Below, piece by piece: positions 54,677 to 62,690 of a stretch of 64,000 nucleotides of DNA (positions are counted from its first letter, which is position 1; each line of letters begins with the position of its first letter). The DNA is from Treponema sp. (GTDB lineage Bacteria > Spirochaetota > Spirochaetia > Treponematales > Breznakiellaceae), in NCBI GenBank assembly GCA_031256445.1, contig JAIRQN010000107.1, positions 10,401 to 74,400 on the forward strand, given 5' to 3'. The notes under the pieces were generated by a model. That model saw only the letters and a program-made list of their open reading frames with translations, did not search any database and was not told where the DNA came from. The position numbers were made by a program, and so were the translations under genes.

Positions 54677-55390
54677 ATGGCAGATAAAAAAATCGCGAAA
54701 GAAGCTGTTGTTTTATACCACAGGGGCAATCAGGCGGGAATGCGCAACGATCACGCAAAGTCCTTTGAATATTACCTAAAGTCAGCGGGATATGATTATG
54801 CCCCGGCTCAGTTTAGCCTCGGCGTTTGTTATGAAAAGGGCCACGGAGTGCCTTTCAATTTAAATAAAGCCGTTGAATATTACCGGAAATCCGCCGATCA
54901 GGGTTATGCTCCGGCTCAGAGCAATCTGGGATGGTGTTATGAAAGCGGCAACGGAGTGGAACCCAATTTATCCACAGCTATAGATTATTACATGAAAGCC
55001 GCTGATCAGGGATACTCTCCTGCTCAGGGGAATCTGGGTTTCTGTTATGAAAACGGCAACGGCGTGGACAAGGATATTCCTGCAGCGGTTGAATTCTACA
55101 GAAAAGCCGCAATGTCAGGTAATACTTTCGCGCAGTATAATCTGGGAGCGTGTTATGAAAACGGCAAAGGCGTCGCCGCTGATCTTGAAAAAGCGATAGA
55201 ATGGTACCGGAAGTCCGCTGAACACGGTTACGCCCCGGCTCAGAATTATCTGGGAAGCTGCTACGAGAATGGTAAAGGCATGCCTAAAAATCCGGTTAAA
55301 GCGTTTGAATGGTATAATTATGCCGCGGTTCAGGGATATTCCATTGCTAAATTTAATATTGATAATCTAAAAAAGCAGGGTCTAATTTAG
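54677..55390 (+). CDS. Sel1-repeat (SLR/TPR-like) protein
   Basis: Six consecutive repeats of about 36 aa: A.EYYRKSADQGYAPAQ.NLG.CYE.G.GV... Confidence 0.9.
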   Translation: MADKKIAKEAVVLYHRGNQAGMRNDHAKSFEYYLKSAGYDYAPAQFSLGVCYEKGHGVPFNLNKAVEYYRKSADQGYAPAQSNLGWCYESGNGVEPNLSTAIDYYMKAADQGYSPAQGNLGFCYENGNGVDKDIPAAVEFYRKAAMSGNTFAQYNLGACYENGKGVAADLEKAIEWYRKSAEHGYAPAQNYLGSCYENGKGMPKNPVKAFEWYNYAAVQGYSIAKFNIDNLKKQGLI

Positions 55391-55932
55391 ATTTTTACAC
55401 TGATGATCTGACTTTTCTCTCCAATCCTGAAAAATTCCGTTTTTACCGGCTCTCCTTCGGCGCATTCAATAACCGCGAATGTCGCGCCGATTCTGCTGCG
55501 CGGACGCCCTATGCTGCCGGGGTTAACAAGAGTTATTCCGTCCATTGTTTCGCAGAACGGAACATGACTGTGGCCGAACAGCGCGACACCGGCGTCCGAG
55601 TTACGGGCGGATGAAATGAGCGCGTGATAACCGCCGTACAAACTGTGGCGGTGGCCGTGGCACATATAAAAACGGTGTTCGCAGAATTCAAAGATAACTG
55701 CCTGCGGCGTTGAATAGTCAAAATCGTTGTTTCCGCTTACATACTGCCAGTCGCAGAAAAATCCCGCCGCGTCCGCAGCAGGGCTCAGATCCGCGATACC
55801 GTCTCCGCAAAAAGCGGCGCCGCAAATCGTGTCTTTCGGCGGTATGCGATCTCTTGCCCAGCTAAAAACGGTTTTTAATGCAGAAACTTTGCCGTGGGAA
55901 TCTGAAAGCACAAGAATTTTTTTGCCGTTCAT
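55387..55932 (-). CDS. YfcE/MJ0936-family metallophosphoesterase
   Basis: ILVLSDSHG, GDG, GNND, HGH and GHSH metal-binding motifs. Confidence 0.8.
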   Translation of the reverse strand: MNGKKILVLSDSHGKVSALKTVFSWARDRIPPKDTICGAAFCGDGIADLSPAADAAGFFCDWQYVSGNNDFDYSTPQAVIFEFCEHRFYMCHGHRHSLYGGYHALISSARNSDAGVALFGHSHVPFCETMDGITLVNPGSIGRPRSRIGATFAVIECAEGEPVKTEFFRIGEKSQIISVKI

Positions 55933-55940
55933 GGCTGTTG

Positions 55941-56588
55941 CTAGCCGCGGCTATCCTTGCGGCGCGTACCGACAAAACGGGCAAAATCATTAATATTTTT
56001 TACCGTGATGCGGTCAGGGAATATCTCTATCCGGTGCTGATTTACAAAGTGCCCAAGAATATCCCTTGCTTCGTTTACGCTCATTCCGGCCCAGTGAGCC
56101 ACGCCTTCAACCGTAGTTTTAAATTCCCTTTTGGTTGACGATCTGTCCGTATTGGTTATAGTTTCATCGAGCATTAAAAACACATCGGCTATTTTCGCCT
56201 GCGGTTCCTGCAGGGTAAGAATCATGAAACGCCTTTTTGAATCGTATATGCGCTTGCAGAACATCTTAAGCAGTTTAAGCGCAATCTGCGGATTGCCCAG
56301 AAGGAGAATTTCAAAATTCTGGGTATTGAATTCCAGCACTTTTACTTCATCAAGCGCGATGGCGGTCGCCGAGCGGGGGGAATTTTCCAGGATTGCCATT
56401 TCTCCGAACATTTCGGAAGGCTGCAGAATATCCAGAGTTCTTTCAAAATCGCCTATCAGTTTTACAAGCTGCACCCTGCCTGACTGAATTAAATAAAAAG
56501 TATCGCCTGGTTCAAACTCGGAGAAAATCATCTCGCCGGCGTTAAATGTTCTTGTAAACCGTCCAAACGCGGATAAATCCATCGCCAT
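55941..56588 (-). CDS. Crp/Fnr-family regulator (cNMP-binding domain plus wHTH)
   Basis: CAP_ED motif FGEMAILENSPRSATAIA. C-terminal HTH-like VEGVAHWAGMSVNEARDIL. Confidence 0.8.
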   Translation of the reverse strand: MAMDLSAFGRFTRTFNAGEMIFSEFEPGDTFYLIQSGRVQLVKLIGDFERTLDILQPSEMFGEMAILENSPRSATAIALDEVKVLEFNTQNFEILLLGNPQIALKLLKMFCKRIYDSKRRFMILTLQEPQAKIADVFLMLDETITNTDRSSTKREFKTTVEGVAHWAGMSVNEARDILGHFVNQHRIEIFPDRITVKNINDFARFVGTRRKDSRG

Positions 56589-56608
56589 TTTAAACTCCTG
56601 CCGCCGGC

Positions 56609-57586
56609 TTATAAAAGGCTCAGCGCTCTTTTTACCTTTACTGTTGTTTCATCATCGCCTTCGCTCATTGAAAGAACTTTCTTGTAGAAGGCCGCGGCCT
56701 GATCTTTTTTTCCCATTTTTTCATTGCTCTGCCCCATGATGAATACCGCCTCTTTCAGGCCGGGATGTTTCGGATATTTTGTCAGCATATTTGTTATATA
56801 TTTTATGCATTCATCATATTTATTCATCAGGAACATGCACTGGCCTATTTCAAAAGACGCCTTCGCGGTCAGTTCCGGATCGCTGTCATAACCGTCAACT
56901 ATTGTCTTAAAGGTCATCATCGCTTCCTGATATTTTCCCTGCGATACCAGATTGACCGCCCTGTAATAGGAAGACGATGCTCCGGCGGAAGCGCCTGCGG
57001 AAGCTGACGCGCTGCTGACTGCGACAGAAGGGCCTTTCCCGTTTCCGTATTTGGCAAAGGAGGTTTCCGCCAGCTCATAATTTTTCGCGGCCGCGAGCGC
57101 GTTTTTCCCGGAAGGATAAAATGTCAGATAACGGTTGAACACATGCTTGGCCTGGGAGAAGCGTTTGTTTTTAAGGTAAAATTCCCCTACGCTGAAAAGG
57201 CTGTCGGCGGGGGGCTGCTCTTCCTTTGCCATTAGCTTGGATACCTGCTTGTGTATCCGCCGCAGCTGGTTGGAAAAAACCTTAAGCATTTTCATAATAA
57301 TTCTGGAATTCGCCATCGCCACATTTTCAAATTCTGGAACTGTAAACGCCATAACGGAAGTGTTATCTGACAGCGCCATCGCGTTTTCTTCGTATGGATA
57401 GCGTCCCAGAGCCGGTTTTACTCCGAAAAATTCTCCCGGCTGCACTGAATCTCTTATATCCGCTCCGGTTTCAATATCCTGATATACAAGGCTCACCTTT
57501 CCGCTTTGAAGGATAAATATCCTTTCCGCCGCGTCTCCCTGAAAGTAAATAAGAGAACCTGACTGATATAGAAGCGGTTTTGGCAT
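56609..57586 (-). CDS. cNMP-binding-like domain protein fused to TPR repeats
   Basis: N-terminal CAP_ED fold (GSLIYFQGD...FILQSGKV...FFGVKPALG) lacking the phosphate-binding Arg (PYEENAMA). Ser/Ala-rich linker. C-terminal TPR-like helices. Confidence 0.7.
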   Translation of the reverse strand: MPKPLLYQSGSLIYFQGDAAERIFILQSGKVSLVYQDIETGADIRDSVQPGEFFGVKPALGRYPYEENAMALSDNTSVMAFTVPEFENVAMANSRIIMKMLKVFSNQLRRIHKQVSKLMAKEEQPPADSLFSVGEFYLKNKRFSQAKHVFNRYLTFYPSGKNALAAAKNYELAETSFAKYGNGKGPSVAVSSASASAGASAGASSSYYRAVNLVSQGKYQEAMMTFKTIVDGYDSDPELTAKASFEIGQCMFLMNKYDECIKYITNMLTKYPKHPGLKEAVFIMGQSNEKMGKKDQAAAFYKKVLSMSEGDDETTVKVKRALSLL

Positions 57587-58863
57587 CAGTTTCCTTCTCC
57601 GGCGGCGTTTTCCTGCGGTTCGGCGGGTTCAAAAGGCAGGTAATCCAGCTTTTTCCCAAAGCCGATTTTCCTTCTGATTTCCCTGTAAAGACCGGCAGGA
57701 TCGCCTTTGACAAACATTTCTTTTTTTCCCGTCTTTATTTGCGTATAACCGGAAGGCAGCTTTCCGCCGAAAATGTCAAGAAAACGGATCTCGCCGTAAA
57801 CCGGCCGGCCCGCAAGAGTCAGCAGTTCAATATCCTGCATACCCGAGCTGACAAGGTTTTCGTACGGGTCATCGTTCTTCGCTTTCAGCACAAGAATGTC
57901 ACCTAACTTGCCTTCTTCCAGAGAGCCGATTCTGTCCTGCATCCAGAACGCTTTCGCCGCGTTTATGGTTATCATTTCGAAGATTTTTTTCGCCGGAAGG
58001 TCTTCGCCGTAGAGTTTCCGGTACAATTCCCTGTCGAACTTTATTTCGTCAAGAAGATTGGCGGAACCGGTCGCAGAAGAATCCGTTCCGATTGTAAGAT
58101 TAACTCCGGCTTTGATCATCTTGCGCACTTTGGACGTTACGTTAAACATAAACATGTTGGAAAAACCGCACCAGGAAACGCTGGCTCCCGCTTTCGCGAC
58201 TTTTCTGATGTCCTCGTCGCTGAACGCGATGCAGTGAACCAGCAGGCAGTGGCTGTCCAGTATTTTCGCATTTTCCAGAGTCTCCACCCCCCGCATCGCC
58301 TCATCGTCAAATCCTTCGTCAAGATGAGTGATAAACGGCCATTTGTTTTTTACAGCGCGCTCATGTTCAATTTCTATGCCGTCGCCCCATTTAAGATCGT
58401 AAGAAGACGCTTCATGGGAAAGGCAGTACTCCTGAATTGCCCTGATTGGAAGGGTCGGCAGTATCTGGCTGTTAAAATGATGCGGGAAATGATCGTTGAC
58501 TGTAGTAACGCCGGAGAACAGGCATTTGTAACCGGAGAGCGCGTAAAGGTCTTCCCTCGCCAGCCGGGAACGTTCCTTAAATGTTTCTGACGCTTTAAAA
58601 TCATTATCCCACGGCAGCCATGTTAAATAAAAGCAGCCTTTTTTTGGGCCAACAGGCGGACGATAATTCCCCTGCAAATGGTCATGGGTATTAATTAAAG
58701 AAGGATAAACACAGGATTTACCCTTCAAATCGATTTTTACCGTTGTTTTATCAACATTACCGCCCGGAGATGCAATTTTTTCCCCTTTGACTCCCAAATC
58801 ACCGGTATGTGTTTTTTTACCCGGAGAAACCATTACTCCGTTTGCTAAGGTATAATCAAACAC
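57586..58863 (-). CDS. Amidohydrolase-superfamily protein (chlorohydrolase/deaminase-like)
   Basis: LINTHDHL metal-binding HxH motif, later HC/HL and TDS blocks. The stop shares a base with the downstream start. Confidence 0.75.
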   Translation of the reverse strand: MFDYTLANGVMVSPGKKTHTGDLGVKGEKIASPGGNVDKTTVKIDLKGKSCVYPSLINTHDHLQGNYRPPVGPKKGCFYLTWLPWDNDFKASETFKERSRLAREDLYALSGYKCLFSGVTTVNDHFPHHFNSQILPTLPIRAIQEYCLSHEASSYDLKWGDGIEIEHERAVKNKWPFITHLDEGFDDEAMRGVETLENAKILDSHCLLVHCIAFSDEDIRKVAKAGASVSWCGFSNMFMFNVTSKVRKMIKAGVNLTIGTDSSATGSANLLDEIKFDRELYRKLYGEDLPAKKIFEMITINAAKAFWMQDRIGSLEEGKLGDILVLKAKNDDPYENLVSSGMQDIELLTLAGRPVYGEIRFLDIFGGKLPSGYTQIKTGKKEMFVKGDPAGLYREIRRKIGFGKKLDYLPFEPAEPQENAAGEGN

Positions 58864-59023
58864 TTACGGACCGTCCTTTTCATTTTAATATGCGGTATTA
58901 ATATAACGCATATTATTATTTTAAGCAAAAAAGCCCTGTTAATCAATGAGTACGCCGGCTTACTTTTATATATTATCGGTTGAGATGCTGAATTTGCGGT
59001 AATTAATTGCTACAATATCATAA

Positions 59024-59926
59024 ATGGTGGATTTGCATACTCATTCCAATATTTCTGACGGAGATTTTAGCCCTGATTTGCTGATTAAAGAAGCAGTCAG
59101 ACAGAGTCTTCGCGCTATCGCGCTTACCGATCATGATACCATCAACGGTCTTGAATGCGCTGAAAAAGCCGCCGCCGAAGTACAGGATTCTTTTTTTAAT
59201 AAAAACGGCGCCGCTTTCCGTTTTATCCCCGGTATTGAGATTGAAATTAACGCCGCCAAATTGCCGTATGGAATGGCAAGACCGGGACCGGGTGGCGAAT
59301 TTCACCTGCTTGGACTTGGAATCAAAGCGCCAACAGCACATTTTATTGACGCGATTGACAAATTGGCGCTGCGAAGGGAGGCGCGTAACCGTGAAATTCT
59401 GGACAGGATGCACGAGTTGAGCATTGAAGCGACATGGGATGAGTTTTTATCTCTTTGCGGAGGCAATACGCCGGGCCGTCCTCACTTCGCGAAACTTTTG
59501 GTAAAGCACAAAATCGTCAGAAACGTAAATCAGGCGTTTGCCCGCTATCTTGGTACAGGAAAGCCCCTTTATGTGCCCAAGGACGGAATGGTTTTTGAAG
59601 AAGCGGTTGCCATAATCCGCGAATCCGGCGGCATACCGGTTCTGGCGCACCCTGTTTCGCTCTATGTGGCATGGGGGCGTCTTCCCGATCTGATAAAAAC
59701 GCTGAAAGAAATGGGGCTGATGGGGCTTGAAGCATGGCACCCTAACACAAAACCCGGCTCCTGCCGCCGGCTTGAGGCTCTTGGCAGGTCTTTGGATCTT
59801 TACATTACCGAAGGCAGCGATTTCCACGGTTGTACACGCCCTGACCGCAAAATTGGCTATTCCGGCAAGAACAGGAAAATCAGCGATGCGGTTCTTGAAG
59901 CAATTCCTGAATTGGCAGGTATTTAG
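59024..59926 (+). CDS. PHP-domain phosphoesterase (TrpH/YciV-like)
   Basis: VDLHTHSNISDG, ALTDHDT, HLLGL, AHP and GSDFHG motifs of the PHP fold. Confidence 0.8.
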   Translation: MVDLHTHSNISDGDFSPDLLIKEAVRQSLRAIALTDHDTINGLECAEKAAAEVQDSFFNKNGAAFRFIPGIEIEINAAKLPYGMARPGPGGEFHLLGLGIKAPTAHFIDAIDKLALRREARNREILDRMHELSIEATWDEFLSLCGGNTPGRPHFAKLLVKHKIVRNVNQAFARYLGTGKPLYVPKDGMVFEEAVAIIRESGGIPVLAHPVSLYVAWGRLPDLIKTLKEMGLMGLEAWHPNTKPGSCRRLEALGRSLDLYITEGSDFHGCTRPDRKIGYSGKNRKISDAVLEAIPELAGI

Positions 59927-59962
59927 TCTGTCTATAATGTGTCTACATTTTTTATAGATAGA
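59927..59962. terminator. Hairpin between convergent genes (candidate bidirectional terminator)
   Basis: TCTGTCTATAA-N14-TTATAGATAGA (10/11 arm match), in an AT-rich context with T-runs. Confidence 0.4.
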
Positions 59963-59972
59963 TTCTAATTAA

Positions 59973-60284
59973 CTATTCAAGGCACTCTTTGATCCATTCC
60001 GGGTGGTTTCTTGCTTTATCCAGGAGTTTTGCCATAACAGTGGTATAACCGTCTCCCATGGATTTCCACCAGCTTATCGTGGAAGCTCCCAACCGCAGCG
60101 AAAACATTTTCTTTTGTTTTTCACGCTTTTTAATTGCCCAAAGCCGCATCTGCTCCATTTCTTCCTTTGTCTGTTCAGGAATATCGCTGAAATCTATAGG
60201 CCTGTCTTTTAGGGCTTCCAGCCTTTTAAGAGCTTCTTCTGATAATTTGTAATTCTCATCACGTATAAAATGAATCGTAGCCAT
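59973..60284 (-). CDS. brnA: BrnA-family antitoxin
   Basis: FSLRLGASTISWWKSMGDGYTTVMAKLL resembles the BrnA ribbon-helix-helix C-terminus. It lies directly downstream of a DUF497/BrnT gene. Confidence 0.7.
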   Translation of the reverse strand: MATIHFIRDENYKLSEEALKRLEALKDRPIDFSDIPEQTKEEMEQMRLWAIKKREKQKKMFSLRLGASTISWWKSMGDGYTTVMAKLLDKARNHPEWIKECLE

Positions 60285-60580
60285 AAAAATACTTCTCCTC
60301 TTCTTTTTTTTCTGCTTTACGTGCTGAAATAATTCGGATTACCTTATTTCTTTCCATAAAAGAGTACTGCGAGTATGATTGTGCCGCTAAGCCCAATCAC
60401 CTTCCATCGGTCTTCAAAAAAACTGTGCGTCCAATCGTACATTTCAATATGTTTGGGATCGTAGAATATTTCCGTTGCTTCCTCAAAGGAAACACCGTGT
60501 TTTCTTTGATTCTTCCTGTTTTTCTTGTCGTCCCATGTAAATTCTATTCTCATTGTAATCCTCCTGATTGATTTTGTCAA
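60259..60580 (-). pseudogene. brnT: BrnT (DUF497) toxin gene interrupted by a 1-nt frameshift
   Basis: The ORF at 60344-60580 encodes MRIEFTWDDKKNRKNQRKHGVSFEEA... and stops at LFYGKK*. The +1 frame continues ERNKVIRIISARKAEKKEEEKYF to TGA at 60259-60261. Confidence 0.65.
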
Positions 60581-60605
60581 TACATTTGTATTGACGTTAT
60601 AAAAT

Positions 60606-62225
60606 TTAAATTGAAAGAATATCCCAGGGGTCTTCGCCTAACCGGCGAAACTGGATTGCCTCTTCCATGTCTTCCATTTCGATGATTTCCCTGCCCGCCA
60701 GGTCGGAGATCGTCCTTGCAACCCGCAAAACACCGTGGTAAGCCCTGCCTGAAAATCCCAATTTGGAGGCTGTCCTGTGAAGCCCGCCTTCCGCTTCCGC
60801 GCTCATGGGGCAGAAGACGGAGGCTCTCCCCGCCGGAAGAAGCGCGTTACGGCGGATGCCTGTCCCTTTAAAACGCCGTCTCTGAATTTCTACCGCCGCT
60901 CTGACTCTGCGGGCGATTTCCGCGCTTGAGGAACATCCGTTTTTTTCACAAGCGTTCCGCCTTGTGCTCATTTCTTCAATTTTCGGCGGCAGGACAGCGA
61001 CCCGTATTTCCACACGGTCGAGCAGCGCGCCGCCGAACCTGCGCCAGTAGCGGTTGATTTCCTCCGGTGAGCAGAAACAGCTGCTTCCCGCGCTGTCCGA
61101 GTCGCGGATACCCAGACGGCCGCAGGGGCAGGAGTTCGCTGTCATTAACAGCTGGAATTCCGCGGGAAGACGCAGCGGCCCTTCCGCTCTTACGATGCTT
61201 ATCACCCTGTCTTCCAGAGGCTCTCGTAATGCCTGTAGTACATTTATTTTAAATTCCGGAGCTTCGTCCAGATAAAGCACGCCAAAGTGGGCAAGGCTGA
61301 TTTCGCCGGGACGCGGCATCCTGCCGCCGCCAAGGATGCCTTCGGCGCTTGCCGAATGATGCGGGGCGCGGAAGGGCGGATGGGTAATGAGGCGTTCAAT
61401 GAATCGCTGCGCGGAGCCGCACGCCGCGCTGGCTGCGTCGTCCGCTAACGGGCCCGCAAGGCTGTAAAGTCTTGTAACTTCGACCGCTTCGTCAGCCGCC
61501 AGCGGCGCCATTATGGAAGGCAGCCGTCTTGCGAGCATTGTCTTTCCCGCGCCCGGCGGCCCGAAAACCAGCATATTGTGTCCGCCGGCGGCGGCTATTT
61601 CAAGCGCGCGCTTGTAAACAGCCTGCCCCCGCACATCGGAAAAGTCGCCTGTGTCATGTGAAACTGCTTGGGCTGTACCAACAGCCCCTGCCGCGGGATT
61701 GATCGGGCAGGGCAGCGCGCCTGTTTCCTCTCTTATAAACAGCGCGTGAACTGCGCCCTGAAGATTTTCCGCGGCGGTAAAACGTGAAGCCAGGATTGCC
61801 GCTTCCGCGGCGTTTTCCGCCGGTACGATAAACTCGGTAATGCCTTCTTCAAGAGCGGCGGCGATGGCCGCAAGCACACCCCGCACCGGCCTGATTCTGC
61901 CAGACAGCTCAAGTTCTCCCATTACAAGTAAATTTCCTGAAACCGGCGCAATGCCCGCCGCCGCCATTACCGAAAGGGCGATTGGCAGATCAAGCGCGGC
62001 TCCGGCTTTTTTCATTCCCGCAGGCGCGAGATTAATCAATATCCTGTCCAGCGGAAAACTGAACCCTGAATTACGGAAAGCGGCGCGGACGCGATCCCTC
62101 GCTTCACGGACAGCTCCATCGGCAAGCCCTGTAATATCAACACCCGGAATGCCTCTGCGAATATCCGCCTCAACCCGGATAATAATTCCTCCTGCCCCAT
62201 AAGGCATATACGCCATCACGCTCAT
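60606..62225 (-). CDS. comM: YifB/ComM-family Mg-chelatase-like AAA+ ATPase
   Basis: Lon-like N-terminal domain (GLADGAVREARDRVRAA), Walker A GPPGAGKT, Walker B VLYLDEAPEF, and Cys cluster CPCG...CFC. Confidence 0.9.
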   Translation of the reverse strand: MSVMAYMPYGAGGIIIRVEADIRRGIPGVDITGLADGAVREARDRVRAAFRNSGFSFPLDRILINLAPAGMKKAGAALDLPIALSVMAAAGIAPVSGNLLVMGELELSGRIRPVRGVLAAIAAALEEGITEFIVPAENAAEAAILASRFTAAENLQGAVHALFIREETGALPCPINPAAGAVGTAQAVSHDTGDFSDVRGQAVYKRALEIAAAGGHNMLVFGPPGAGKTMLARRLPSIMAPLAADEAVEVTRLYSLAGPLADDAASAACGSAQRFIERLITHPPFRAPHHSASAEGILGGGRMPRPGEISLAHFGVLYLDEAPEFKINVLQALREPLEDRVISIVRAEGPLRLPAEFQLLMTANSCPCGRLGIRDSDSAGSSCFCSPEEINRYWRRFGGALLDRVEIRVAVLPPKIEEMSTRRNACEKNGCSSSAEIARRVRAAVEIQRRRFKGTGIRRNALLPAGRASVFCPMSAEAEGGLHRTASKLGFSGRAYHGVLRVARTISDLAGREIIEMEDMEEAIQFRRLGEDPWDILSI

Positions 62226-62445
62226 AAATCACCCCTGATAAATTGCTGCTGCCGTCAGCCGGAAGGCAACGCCTGAACATATAAAAGAAATTTTTATGAA
62301 CAGGTACATATATATAGGCGCGCGTATGCACAGCGCTTTGGTCTGGATAGAAATTTTTATGGATGAAACCGGAAGTATTAACTGACGGAAAGCGCGGCCT
62401 TCTTGTCGGCGGTTACTGGGGCATAAGCCGCCACATCAACTGCAA

Positions 62446-62648
62446 TGTCTGTCCGTAAAGTAACTGACTTTGGACAGACACTGTTTAAATGGCTGATAAT
62501 ATGTTAAAATATAATAGAGTTGTTCGATAACTTCAGTTATTGAACAACTTCCTTATAAAAATGGCATTTTCGCAGTCTTCAGACGAGAAAATGCCGGATT
62601 TGTGAGACAACTAACTTCGAACCGAAGGTTCGCAGTTGTCGAACAAGT
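62446..62648 (+). promoter_or_regulatory. Structured, motif-bearing leader/operator region upstream of the GH43 gene
   Basis: Four consecutive stem-loops at 62446-62480, 62519-62548, 62563-62595 and 62606-62640. The motif AGTTRTYGAACAA appears three times. See findings. Confidence 0.4.
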
Positions 62649-62690
62649 CCAATTAAATTAACAGTACAAATTTATTATAGGAGTAAAATT

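Noticed and set aside
62296-62385. 29-codon ORF (MNRYIYIGARMHSALVWIEIFMDETGSIN) in the long intergenic region
   Set aside because: It has no RBS and no recognisable motif, and is too short to support. It could be a leader peptide, but nothing in the sequence argues for that.
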